A stretch of 64,000 bases of DNA from Paraspadella gotoi (lineage: Eukaryota; Animalia; Chaetognatha): NCBI GenBank assembly GCA_051294375.1, contig CM119263.1:25152688-25216687 (forward strand). Direction: 5' to 3'. The notes under the pieces were generated by a model, which was given only the letters and a program-made list of their open reading frames with translations, had not been told where the DNA came from and did no database searches. Shown piece after piece: positions 11,232 through 23,504 of the stretch. The position numbers and the translations under genes were made by a program. Within the stretch, counting starts at the first letter, position 1; each line of letters starts with the position of its first letter.

Positions 11232-13307
11232 TCATACATCCCGATCCCGCCTTTCCTCGCCTCTTCCCAATGCGCATCGTTGTTGCAACTTCTTGACGAT
11301 GCTGAGGGTGACCACGTGATCCGAGTTGTTCTCCACGAGTCTCAGGATGAAGATTAGGTCGAGCCCGACGCCGTCCACGAATTCTCTGACTGAAGCCGAC
11401 GACGCTGGGGCGCCGGTACCGTCGTTGACCGACAGATATTGGAACAAGAAGCGGCGCCCGGACAAGTTGCAGCGCCAGAGCCAGAGCAGAGCGGAGGCGG
11501 CAACGAGCGGCAGCAGGAGGGAGAAAATAAAGAAGAAGAAGGCGAAGACTTTGTCGTAGTAGATGTTGACAGGGATGGAGCATAGGTTGGTCAGACGCAG
11601 CATCTTGCCCATAACCTATTGCAGATGGTAAGGTCGAAGGGAGTGTCATAAAAACGAGATAGGTTCCGCGATTATATTGCTTGTTATGACACAGACTAAA
11701 AATAATATATCTTTGATCCGTATTTCTTACCTCACAAATTAAAGGAAGATCAATTATTTCTCCATGTTTGCATTAAAAAGTCATTTAAAAAAAATTCTGA
11801 TTTTGTCATTTGTCCAAAGAAAAAGGAAAAAAAAAGTTCAAAAGAATAAAAAGAAAACACAACAGAAATAAAGATTCAAAAACTCTACTACGGACCTGCG
11901 CTTCGCCGGTAAACTCGCAAATGGCCACCGTCGGGAACCGGCCCGAAAACTGAGTCCCAAGCTTTGGGTCGTGACGCAAGCCGCGCATTATCTTGCTCAG
12001 GTAATCCCAGCCGTCGACCCCGAGAAAGTAGGTCATCGCCCAGAGGACGCAGAAGATGTTGACCCCGTACGCGATCTTCATCAGCATGTAGGTAGCGTAT
12101 AGGCGACCGCCGCTGCGGAACGCGTCCAGCGGACGACGCCGAGCTCGAGGCGTCGTCTGGCGGCCGAGCAAGCGACGCCGCTTGGAATCTACGCCGGCAT
12201 CGACGAGTACCGATGGAGCCAAGAACGTGGAGGCTTCTTCCAGGCGGAGGAATCTATGGAGTCTGTCTGCCAGGTTTTCCGCCTGATCGTCGGTCACATT
12301 GGACGAGATGGGATCGAGCATCGCCGCCGCGGCCTCGACGACCGCTTCCAAGTTGATCCCGTTGCTCAGGTTGAGAGCGACTTGCCACAGAAAATGCGGC
12401 AGCATGAAGAAAAAGGCGAGGAGGATGAGCACGACGGGGGCGTACTTGTAGTGGTTGATGGCGAGTCCGCCTTTTTCATTTAAGGGCAGATAATTAAAAA
12501 AAATGCTTTTATTCAAGTTATAACTATTATAAGTTGTAAAATTACATAATTTTTTTCCTTTTTCTTTACGTGTTAAGAAAATACAAAGAAGTAATATTTT
12601 TAGTTCTCTTTTTAAACATAGGTACCTTTGACTGGTATATTGTGCGCGTGGGCGGTGTGTCCACCCAGAAGAGGTTGAGAAGTGTTCCAGTTTTCGTTAA
12701 AGACGTAATACAAGGATTGGGTGAGGCACACGGAATTTATGAAGTTGCCCTGCGTAATGCGTATTTATAGTATTTATTGTTAATTCGTGAGGGGTAGATT
12801 AATTGATTGATTGATAAATATATTAGTTGAATGATACGAACTTCAAATTAGCGGATATAAAGGTTCTTTTTTCGGTGTTGCTAATATTACATTCATCAGA
12901 AAATATTTTTTTTTAAATGAAATCAATGAAAAACAATCAGTAAAGAGATAATTTAAAAAACTGTGTCTTTTAAAAATTTCCTAAATAACTTTTGTCACAA
13001 TGATTGAATGAATGTACGATGAATTCACGATTAATGAATTTATGATGAATGTATGATGAATCCACGATGAATTCACGATGAATGATTTTGTCACGTAGGC
13101 GCTCAGCCTCATTCGAACGACCTGCTCCGAAGTGTAACCGCTCATAGTGAAGCAGTTGATGGGGTTGCCGATGTACTCGGACGAGGCCAAAACGACGGTC
13201 GTCAGGCCCAGCGCCGTCACCACGTAACGACGGTTGAGTTTGTCGACGAAATCGTCGATTCCGGCGTCGTCTTGGAAGAAGTTGTAGAATCCGGTCAACC
13301 ACGACAT
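11232..13307 (-). CDS. inx: Innexin (invertebrate gap-junction/hemichannel protein), ~422 aa, 4 exons
   Basis: Exons 13307-13122, 12749-12626, 12470-11896, 11615-11232, phase-consistent. Motifs DDFVDKLNRRY, YIGNPINCF, INSVCL, APVVL...LPHFLW, RFPTVAICEF, CSIPVNIYYDKVF, DLIFILRLVENN. Two Cys in each extracellular loop; four hydrophobic segments. Confidence 0.95.
13003..13086. repeat. Degenerate atgaattcacg/atgaat minisatellite in innexin intron 1
   Basis: Repeated atgaat(t/c)cacg units. Confidence 0.7.
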
Positions 13308-14060
13308 CTTGGGGACGGCGGGAGGTCAGGACAGTCCAAGGTGTGTCAAAATATGACGCGGATTGTCCCTTCAGCGATCGGTAAAGATGTTTTATTATTT
13401 AGAGTGAAACACAAAATATGACGGAGTTCACAGGAGTTCCAGTGAGTGTGTGGGAATGAGAGTGAGAGATCAAAGAATAAAGAGAGAGAGAGAGAGTTTA
13501 CTATTTTTAACCAGTCCGTTTGGGGATATCCAAGATAAAAATTTCGCTGCTTTTTAATGCGGCCTTAATTGAATTAAGCTTATTAAATTTGTCGAGAAGT
13601 TGAATAAAGAATGACGTGTCCAATTTTTTTCTCATCGTTAATTTGTAGGTTTATAAAGTTTTCCTGTCGGACGATAAATATTGTTTTGTAGGCTTTTACT
13701 CTTACAAAGAATAAAAGAACAAACAAACAAACAAACACTAGCTTAAAATATCTGTTATTTTTTAAGACTAAGTAATCTTTGAACATCACATTTATTTTCC
13801 TTAGACTGCATAATTAGTGCATAGTACCTATAAATCCTATATGCTCTTAGTTCATATAATATTTAAAACAATTATTTTGATGAACTTTTTTTATTTCAGC
13901 TATATAAACTAATAAAGCGTATAAAACACGAAAAGCAATTAAAGCGTAATTTATTTTTTTATAACTTTTTAAATATTATTAACTTATTTTTATTCCAAAA
14001 TCGCGTATAAATTCTGTTCGTAAAGAGTAAATAAGTCACTTTTTAAAACCCATTTTTGCC

Positions 14061-15993
14061 TTAAGACTTAAACTGAAGCTCCCTCTCGCAAACAAAGCCG
14101 TTGATCTCGTTGATGCATTTGCAGGATCTTGTGTGCCATTTGCCGTCGTTGGCGCACATGGTGAGGCAGCCAACGCCCCGCTCTTCCTCGAAGTTGAGCC
14201 AATCGACGGCGCGGATGACGTGTTTCTTGTCGGACCCGGCGCCCATGGGCGCGAACCATTTCCAGACTTCGTACTCCTTGGCGCCGATCCAGAAGTGATC
14301 GTCGACGGATGTCATGTTGAAGTCGAAGTTGATAATGTGTTGCACGACGTCGTTCTCTTTCATGGAGTCGATGCTGGTTAAAGTCGAACCTGTTGCGGAA
14401 ATATCGATTTAAAAAAAACCCGGAAAACTACGAGTGCGCATTTAAATAAAACTTTTTTTTTTTTTATCCTACCTCTGTTCCGACAATATTTGTCCGCGTC
14501 GTACCAAGATCCCTTCCTCTTAACGATCTTATAGCAGCGCCCGACGCCCGGGTGACAAAACCATTCCTTGCCCGACACCAAGTTGCTCCTCCACTTCACC
14601 CCCGCCACGTCGTTGTCCAAAAGGTACTCTCTCGGGTAGGGCAACCTCAGCCAGCTGGCGTCTTTCTCGGAAGGCGAGGTCAGCACGGCACATTGGAACG
14701 CTTTGACGATCTTGTTCCTGACCTCGGTCTTGAACACGGAACACACTTCCGTCTGATTTGGCGGTGGACCGAGATCGAAGGTCTTGTTCTGAGTCGCGTT
14801 GGCTTTGACCGTCTCCAGAAATTCGTCGACCTTTTCCGTTAGATTCTTCGCTCGTGCGTCCAGAGTGTCGAACACCTCGTCAATCATCTTCTTCTTGTCA
14901 TTCAAGACGTCCTCGGGCACGGTGATGATGATCGGGTCCACGTTGACGGATTGCGTCGTCTTATTGAACTTGGCCAGAGTGTCCTTGAGCCTTTTGTAGT
15001 GATCTTTGCCGTCTGCGTTGTCGTTTTTGCCGGGAACGATATCCTTGTTGAACTTTTTAATATCATCCAATACTCCGCCGCTTTTGTTCCTGCAAGCAGA
15101 GTAAGCTTCGGAGGAATTCTTGATCTTCTCCCTCAACTGGTCCAGCCGGTCGCGGATGTTCTTCAGCCCGTCGACGTTGACCTTGACGGGTGAGTGACTC
15201 GGATCGTACATCTTTAGAATATTTTTGTAAGGTTTCGTGTCGGAGATGGCGTGGGTCTTCATGTTCATCTTGTGATTGTGGAGAGCCTTGATCACGGCCT
15301 CCACGTTTTTCATGGAGTTGACGTTGTGATCGATCATGATCTTCTCCAACTCTTGCATCCGTCGGTCTACCTCTTCGTCGTTGATCTTCACGAAGAGGTA
15401 GTTGTGATCGTCGTCGTAGAGGAGGATCTCGCTGCGCAGTTCGTCGAGCGTCTTGTGAACTTCACGGCGAAACTCTATCTCTTCGCGTTCGATGGCGATA
15501 AGGGACTCCTAGGAATTTTAGTGTTATTTTGTTTATTGCTACATTGTAATTTTTACAATAAACCTACACACTATCCTGCCTCATGTCTTTGGTCAGGTAG
15601 GTTAAAGGCTCCATCCCCTAGATGCTAATAATATTACAAAATCCTACCAGCTTTCGATAAAAACAATATACTCTTGTACCAGTCTCGATCTTTGCCGCAT
15701 ACAACGGCGTACATGAATCAACTGTCCGTTTCAAAATCTCGCCATATTCACCTTGAGAGAGGACGCGTTGAAGCATCGTTGAAAGATGTGCAGCACGGTC
15801 GGGGTGGAGCAGCAGGCCATCATGAATGCGGCGATCAATTTAAGCAGTATGAGGAAGAGAAGGAGGAAGAGGAGGAGCCAGATGAAGCTCATCTTCTTGT
15901 TCGTCTTGTCGGCCAACATCTTTTCTTCGGTTTCCGGTTTTAAGAAGGGAGAGAGTTGATCGTGTTCGTTGTCCACCTCCGTCACCACAGGAC
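14061..15993 (-). CDS. Type II membrane protein part: TM helix, helical stalk, C-terminal C-type lectin-like domain
   Basis: Exons 15993-15752, 15508-14473, 14389-14061, in phase. TM FIWLLLFLLLFLILLKLIAAFMMA (~15886-15815) follows KTNKK. CTLD motifs GRCYKI...SWYDADKYC...LTSIDSMKEN...FWIGA...WKW...GCL...GKW...SC...FVCE. Confidence 0.9.
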
Positions 15994-16036
15994 CTGTCAA
16001 ATCTTTTTATAGTTAGTATATTTTCTCTTTATTTTG

Positions 16037-16085
<49 letters not shown>

Positions 16086-16093
16086 TTTTTCCT

Positions 16094-19000
16094 CTATTTT
16101 TTGCCTGGTATTCCTTGCATGCTTGTATGCTTGATCTTCTCCTCTTCCCACCACGGTGCCATCCCCGGCACTCTCCCGAATTCGTCGTATTCCATTCTCG
16201 GTGTCATCGCCGACACACCAGCCGCCGTCACTCCAGCGCCTGCCGCCACTCCTGCAGTCGCTGCGACGCCGGCTTTTGCTGCAGTGCCAGCACCGGCTGA
16301 GGTTCTAGAAAGAAAATTAAGAACTTACGTTTTTCTTTGTACAATTTGTAAAGTTAATGACGAATAACCGATTTACCCTACTCCCGCCGGCGACTTCTTC
16401 AACCCCATCGCCACCATGGTTTTGTCGCCCAGTTTCCTCAGCGTGGCTCTGGCCTTTTTGAGCCCCGTCTTCCCTCTGATGGCCGTGGCGCGGTCGGTAG
16501 GCGCCATCGCCTCCAGACGCGCCACATCTGCCAACGACGCCGCGACCGCCGCCTCCTTCTCGTTCATGGCGACGCGGTATTTCCTGATGATACGGAATTA
16601 ACTCAATTTGTAAAATAATAAATGATAGATGTCATCGCAAGCATTTAGATTTTTTAAAAAATTTAAACTGCTGCACTGTATCCCACAGCGATATTTTTCT
16701 TTTTAATAGATTAATTATTATACAAATTAAAAAGTAAATAAATTAAATTATTTTGTAATTCATTCTCGTGGCAAACCTCAAAAGATCCTGTTGTTCGCGA
16801 ATCTGTTCGTTCAGGTTGTCGATTTTTACCTGATCCCCAGAACCGGCCGCCTATTAAATTAATTATACAAATGTCGTTGTTATTAATTTTATATGTATAT
16901 ATGTATCTATAGAAACCGTGGTGCTTCGGCTTTCAAGTCGTTTCTCGACATTAGAACTTATGAATTAGGGCTTTTGAACAATTAGGAATTACTAGGAACT
17001 CTTGTAGATAAGGCGCAAAGTGGGCTGAAGATGACTATCCGTAACTTCTATAACCCTCTTTAGTAGCCATGGAACGGGTCCTGGGCTTGGAACCAGGCTT
17101 GAGGGTTTGCCGAGTTTCCAAGGCGGCTTACGGCCGTCTTCACGCTTCCCGCAGGGTAGGTACCAGGTTGGGATTGAAGCCGGTATCTAGTGGTCTTGAG
17201 CTTTGATGGCTTTACTCAATGAGCCAGCGGGTCACGACTGAAGGTGACATGCTTATAGGCGGGGTGAACTTATGCAATGCCCGACAATACTCTAAACGAA
17301 CAAAAAGCAAATGACTCCTTGACTCACCCTTCTTCTCCGCTCGTACTCTGTGGGCGACTCTCCGCGTCTCGCTCCCTCCAACGCGTCCGTAGCCTTTCGT
17401 CTCTCGTCCAACAAGATTATCTCCAACTCTTTTATACGAATCTAAAATTGGATCGTTCGTCTTTTATTTTCTTTATATTAAATTCGTTGTCTCACCACTC
17501 GATGCCCCTAACCTCCTTGTCCGAGATCTTCCTGCTCAAGTGGTCGGTCGCGTCGTGACCCGACACCCTCAACTTATCACTGGTTCCTTTCAGTTTGTCG
17601 ATGGCGATTCTCCGGTTGCGGTCGGCCTCCACAATCATCTCGTTTTGCTGTTCAGAAAAAGAAAACATTGAGAATAAATATTAAAAAAAGATCATTTCCA
17701 ATGATATGATGTCTCTCTCACCCGATCGATCTTTTCTCTCAGCCTAGTAAGTTCGTCCTGCGCCTGATTGAATTTCGCCGTCACAATTAGCAATCTGTCT
17801 TCTTTCTCTTTCACTTTGTCCACCAGCGCTTGATAAAATGATTAAGTTCACAGATTTAAAACTATGCTATGTGGTCAGCCAAAAACAAAAACAACGTCAA
17901 GCTTACCTAATAGTTCCTTCTCATCGAGCTGACGTCCTTTAGGATAAGTATCCAGTCGACGCTGCAACTCGGAGATCCTGGTCTTGTGCTCGCCGATCTC
18001 CGTCTCCAGGACCCGACGAACTCGCAGGTGCATCTCGATGTAGGTTTTCAGGTCATCGATCTGATCCGAAATCGGGAGAAATAGAAATACAGAAATCCTC
18101 TATTTTATATATATTATTTTCATAGCTTACAGTTTGATTTTTGATTTCATTAATTTACTAATTGATTGAAGGTTTGATCGGTAGATAAATATCATCTTTT
18201 GATTGATTCAGTAATCATTTTATTGAACGAATGATTTAATCCTAATCTATCGAAAGAATATTCCCACCTCCTGCTTGAGCGCCGCGATTTCGTCCACTTG
18301 ATTCTTCACGTTGATTCTCTCCTTGGAGAGTTCGACGCCCTGATCGGACACCTTGGTCGTCAGACGGCGGATGATGCTGAGGCACTCCTCGATCGAGGGA
18401 TCGTCCGGTTCGGCGGGGGCGCGCACCAGCGGCATCGGGACGACGACGGGCGCTCGACCCCGGAAGCGGTTAAGGACTTTTTTTTCGTAGCTCGAGTGTC
18501 GATCCTGGTGGGACTCGCCGACCGGGCGCGCGGTCGATCGTCGCCGGAATTCTGGGGAAAAAAAGAGACGGTTTCGAAAATTGACTTATTGTAATCCAAT
18601 GTCAGGCCATTTGACACATTAATCTTAGTAATATTCTACTATGTTATGTTAATGTTTATCTTTACTCTTTTCTGATGCTTTCCGATTGTCTCAAAGACCA
18701 AAGGCCTATCGACAACTTCGTGTTTTCCTGCCTGTTGGCGTATCTAACAACAAAGCAATCTTCGCGTCCCTTTCCAAGGCGGACGGCGAACACCCTCTAC
18801 ACGCGGACATCTTCCGCCCTCTCACTGCCGGGCATCATTCTCCATGGCGCTGTCTTCAATTTTTAATCCTCTTCACCTGCCTGGAATCTCTCTCGACGAG
18901 GGGCATCCTCTACCCTTTCACTGCCGAGATTCGTTTACAAGGCGGGCATCGTCACTTTCCAGCCCTCTCACCTGGCGGACATCCCTCTCGACGAGGGGCA

Positions 19001-19142
19001 TCCTCGGTCCCCTCAGTTCGTCGTCCAGCAAAATCTTCTCCTTTCTTTCGATTTCGTCGTTGATGCGATTCAATTCTTCGCGATGATTTCGCTTCAGTTC
19101 TTCGAGGCGTTGAATCTTTTCCTGAGGGAGAAGAGAGTGTCA

Positions 19143-19189
<47 letters not shown>

Positions 19190-22100
19190 TCTCCGGCATG
19201 TTGTAGTCCCTCTCTATCTGGTCCTTCCTCGCGCCGTATCTCGTTTCGCAATCGACCTTGGTCAGATTCAAGGATCTGACGTCGGCGGCGATTCGGCGTC
19301 GATCCTCGGCGGTCAAGGGCGTCACCCAGGTGGGCGAGCGGTCGCGAGACTAAGAGCGACGCAAGAAAACGTGTGAGGGGTCTCCTTATAAGTGAAACTC
19401 ACAATATTACGGTCTCACCGTGACGAGTGGCGCTTCCGTGACGAGCCTCGGCGGCGGCGTTTTCGAGCGAAATGGAATGCGCGGCGGCAGCGGCGCCGGA
19501 TGGTCCAGAGGTCCGGCGGCCTCGCGCTGGAAAATTCAGAGAAGAAAACGCTTGAGATTCGGTGCTTATGTCGAAAAGAATAAAAGTTTTTATTTAAAAA
19601 AAAAATTATATTGTTTAATCATTATAGAAATAAAATAATTAATCAAAAACTTAAAATAAATTAAATAGATTGAAATATTTTATTAATCAAAAACTACATT
19701 TGTTATCCCATAATTTTGACTGAAACTCACCATCGCTAAACGTTCCTCGAGTTGGGCGATCTTTTTGTTTGATTAATCTCGTTCTGAGCCCTGAAGCGCC
19801 TCTCGCGGTCCGCGATATCTTCGCTAGCAGAAGCCCATTTTCTCGTTCATGTCGGAGCGTGGAAGCGGTTTCCGCTTTCTCCTGTCCATAATTATTGCAA
19901 AATAAACTACAAACAAACAAACAAACAAATAAATAATAAATAANNNNNNNNNNAATAAATTAAAAAATAAATAAATAAATAGTTGTAAAAAAGGCTTTCC
20001 TGCGGTCCAATGCCCAGATCTCNNNNNNNNNNNNNNNNNNNNNNNNNNNNNNNNNNNNNNNNNNNNNNNNNNNNNNNNNNNNNNNNNNNNNNNNNNNNNN
20101 NNNNNNNNNNNNNNNNNNNNNNNNNNNNNNNNNNNNNNNNNNNNNNNNNNNNNNNNNNNNNNNNNNNNNNNNNNNNNNNNNNNNNNNNNNNNNNNNNNNN
20201 NNNNNNNNNNNNNNNNNNNNNNNNNNNNNNNNNNNNNNNNNNNNNNNNNNNNNNNNNNNNNNNNNNNNNNNNNNNNNNNNNNNNNNNNNNNNNNNNNNNN
20301 NNNNNNNNNNNNGGAAGAGTGGAAAATTTTAAAAATCAAAACGAGTCAAACCAATCTCAAAAATATAACCTGCTGATGAAAGACTCCCAACTCCTCCCTC
20401 AGCATCGCGAAGGATTCGATGTCCCTTTGATTCTCCTTCAAAAACGCGTGAGTCACGTGATTTGGATCGATCAGCGCCACCGGTTCCTCCGGCTCCGGCT
20501 CCGATCTCCTCGGTACCTCTAGTCTTCTCGGCACCTCTCTTTCCGGTTCTTCCCTCCACGGCACTTCTATATGCGGCGCTTCCACAATTCTCGGCACCTC
20601 TATCATCGTCACTTCCATCCAAGGCCCATCCCTATCCGGCGCTTCCGCTCTCCTCGGCANNNNNNNNNNNNNNNNNNNNNNNNNNNNNNNNNNNNNNNNN
20701 NNNNNNNNNNNNNNNNNNNNNNNNNNNNNNNNNNNNNNNNNNNNNNNNNNNNNNNNNNNNNNNNNNNNNNNNNNNNNNNNNNNNNNNNNNNNNNNNNNNN
20801 NNNNNNNNNNNNNNNNNNNNNNNNNNNNNNNNNNNNNNNNNNNNNNNNNNNNNNNNNNNNNNNNNNNNNNNNNNNNNNNNNNNNNNNNNNNNNNNNNNNN
20901 NNNNNNNNNNNNNNNNNNNNNNNNNNNNNNNNNNNNNNNNNNNNNNNNNNNNNNNNNNNNNNNNNNNNNNNNNNNNNNNNNNNNNNNNNNNNNNNNNNNN
21001 NNNNNNNNNNNNNNNNNNNNNNNNNNNNNNNNNNNNNNNNTCTCTCATCGGCTCCTCCCTCCAAGGCCCCTCTCTATCCGGCGCTTCGGTTCTTCTCGGC
21101 ACTTCCCTCATCGGTTCCTCCCTCCAATGCCTTTCCCTCTCCGGCGCTTCGATTCTCGGCACCTCCCTTCCCGGTTCCACCATCCAAGGTTCCTCCCTTC
21201 TCGGACTGGGATCTTCCCTCCTCGTGGCCTCCGTTCTCCTCGCCTCCGTTCTCCTCGCCTCCGTTCTCGTCTCCTCCTTTCTAGTCATCTCCGTTCTCCT
21301 CGCCTCTCTCCTCGTCTCCTCACTCACGTTGGCCTGATCATCGTGCAGCTGGCGCCTCAGCGAACCGAAGCTCCTCGGGCGCGGCACGGGAGCCGGCGCA
21401 AGCGCGCCACCGGCCTCCGCCACCGGCTCCAGCGTGTCGTAGTAGCTCGGCGCCGGGAAGTCTTCGTAGGGATTCGTCGAGGTGGTAGAGCTTCGACGGT
21501 CCCCCGGGTAGGAATCCGGAGCCGGGGCGATGGCCGCGACCCCCGTCACGGCCGCGTGCATGTGGACGCGGATCTCGGAGATCTTCGATTCCATGACCCG
21601 TTTAATCCTCGTGGTTTCCGAGCGGTGATGCTCCTCGATCTCGGTGATCTCTTCCTCGAAGGGTCGCATCTCGGTCTCGCGTCGGGCGCGCAATGAGTGT
21701 AGTGCCTCGTCTCGTGCCATGTGTTAGGGGAGGGGAGCGGCGATGTCGCAGGGTTGACGCTTTCCGATGACAAAAATGCAAATGCTTAACTTTGGAAATT
21801 AAAAAATTTTTCCAAAATTCATTAATTGTTGAGTTTTTATGCATATCGCAATCTTTCTTCCCATTAACTCACCTGCCGGCGAAATGAAGGCATCGGCCTC
21901 GACCGCCCTGATCTCTCGGTTGATCTCTTCGCCGCGTTCATTCTTCAGCTGGACGAGCTGCTGGAGGTCGTTGAAGATCCGCGCCTCGTTCTCCATCTCC
22001 GACTCGAGGTGTTTGGCCGCGACGTTGATTCTTCTGCTGGAGTCGATCCATCTCGACGCGGAACGAGGCTCGACTCGGACAGCTGATGAATGGAGAAAGT

Positions 22101-23041
22101 TTCATATTGGTGAATTTCGATTGGATCATGAAACTGGATAAGTTTTAGATTTAAAAAAGATAAGGGGTGTTTACTAACCACTGGTTAGGTAGTGAGGACA
22201 ACTACAAGCTTCTAGCGGAGCTTATCGGTTTTAATTCAATACGGTTAAGCGTTACAATTTTTATTCTACGTTCCAGAAATGAAAAGCCGCCTTCTCGATT
22301 ATTAACTTTTAAATAGTCAAACAATCGAACACCAAGCTCTCATTGTCCCACTTTCTGACTCTTTGACCTGTGATCGACAGTCCTCCAATTCTCTTCGGAA
22401 GGAGACGAGTTGGCGCTGGTCGTCCTCATGTCGAGAAAAGATTGCGCGCGAAACGGTTTCGTGACTTTGAGACGCTAAGCAAATTTAAATTGGTCAGTTT
22501 GTCATAAGTCACAATTTTAAATAAATAGCGGTAATTATTGTTTCTTTCTTTTCATTGCGTTTAGAAAATTATAAAAAGACAATTACTTTTTTATTTTACA
22601 ACGATTATGTTTAATGACAAAAACAGACATGCGGAAATGAGGTCAAAATCAAAATCTGAAAACCGGGTGAAGAAAATTACGAAAGTAATTGAATTTGAAA
22701 GAATTAGGGTCGTTAAACAAGTTTTTCTAATTTATTTCTTGACGTTTGTCGCATCATAATTTTGTGACTGGCGACTATTCTTTCGAAATTCTAACGTTCA
22801 CGCGCATAAATTTTGTTGATAAAAAGTAAGGCATATAAGTATTTTAAAGAAAGTTGAATAAAAAACACGAAATAATCTTGTTCTTTTAAATCAGGAAAAG
22901 TGACCCATGACAATGCGTCCCCTATAACTTTGAGCCCGCCATACCGCTGTTACTGGACGTGGTCGTCTGTCCGGTGACGGTGACGGACGAGTGCGACTCG
23001 GAGTGACTCTCCGATTTGGAGTAATTAAAAGATGACGCCAT
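16094..23041 (-). CDS. Long coiled-coil / Glu-Arg-Pro repeat protein region, probably the N-terminal part of the C-type lectin gene
   Basis: Exons 23041-22945 (ATG MASSFNYSK), 22474-22368, 22082-21873, ~21759-20370 (spans a gap), 19881-19731, 19526-19419, 19349-19188, 19121-18972, 18743-18666, 18551-18268, 18060-17907, 17828-17722, 17647-17513, 17441-17328, 16850-16777, 16583-16377, 16304-16105. Junctions from 18268 downstream are cleanly in phase; several upstream exons need 1-bp indel corrections. Confidence 0.7.
16990..17233 (-). mobile_element. Probable tRNA-derived SINE in an intron
   Basis: Minus strand begins gacccgctggctcattgagtaaagc (A-box-like)...ggcttcaatccc (B-box-like) at tRNA spacing, then a GC-richer body in an AT-rich intron. 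The 3' boundary is approximate. Confidence 0.5.
20470..21330 (-). repeat. Coding tandem repeats (EVPRRxEAPxRExPWREEPxR, ~21-22 aa; TEARR, 5 aa), interrupted by an assembly gap
   Basis: Seen in translations on both sides of gap 20660-21040. Confidence 0.85.
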
Positions 23042-23432
23042 CGCGAGGCTTTGTAGGTCGGCCGAGAGACCGACGACGGCCCGCCGACGGTCCGGCGACT
23101 GCCCGTTCCCCCGAAAAAGTTATTTTTATCGACGCTTTTCTTTTTTATGTACGTTGATTTTTGCGAATATAAATATAGCGACTATTTTCAAATTATTTTG
23201 AAGAACCCTCTTTACGGCTTTCATGAGCCGTTACGCGTATATATCAAAAAGTTGCGATATTCGATCTAAAAAATTAGTTCATTCTTTCTTTTCCTTTCCC
23301 TTTACTAACTTTTTCTTTTTTTCTTTCTTTTCTTCTCATTGCGACGAAAAGCGGATTTTCTGGTGAACGCCCATCGAGCCAAACGCGTCGACGCCCGATC
23401 GACGTCCGCAACTCGATCCTTAAATGGACTCA

Positions 23433-23504
23433 CCCGCGTAGCCTTGTTGGCGGCGACGTAGTCGAGAGACAGAGAGACTCGGGTTCGAATCCCCATTGTG
23501 CGTT
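23433..23504 (+). other. Degenerate tRNA-like/Pol III B-box sequence
   Basis: Perfect B-box gggttcgaatccc (23480-23492) with a partial T-stem. No convincing D or anticodon arm. Confidence 0.3.

Noticed and set aside
17025-17060. CTGAAGATGA, Penelope-type hammerhead start
   Set aside because: No following GAAAC or closing stems.
23433-23504. Functional tRNA gene
   Set aside because: Only the B-box is good; D and anticodon arms do not fold.
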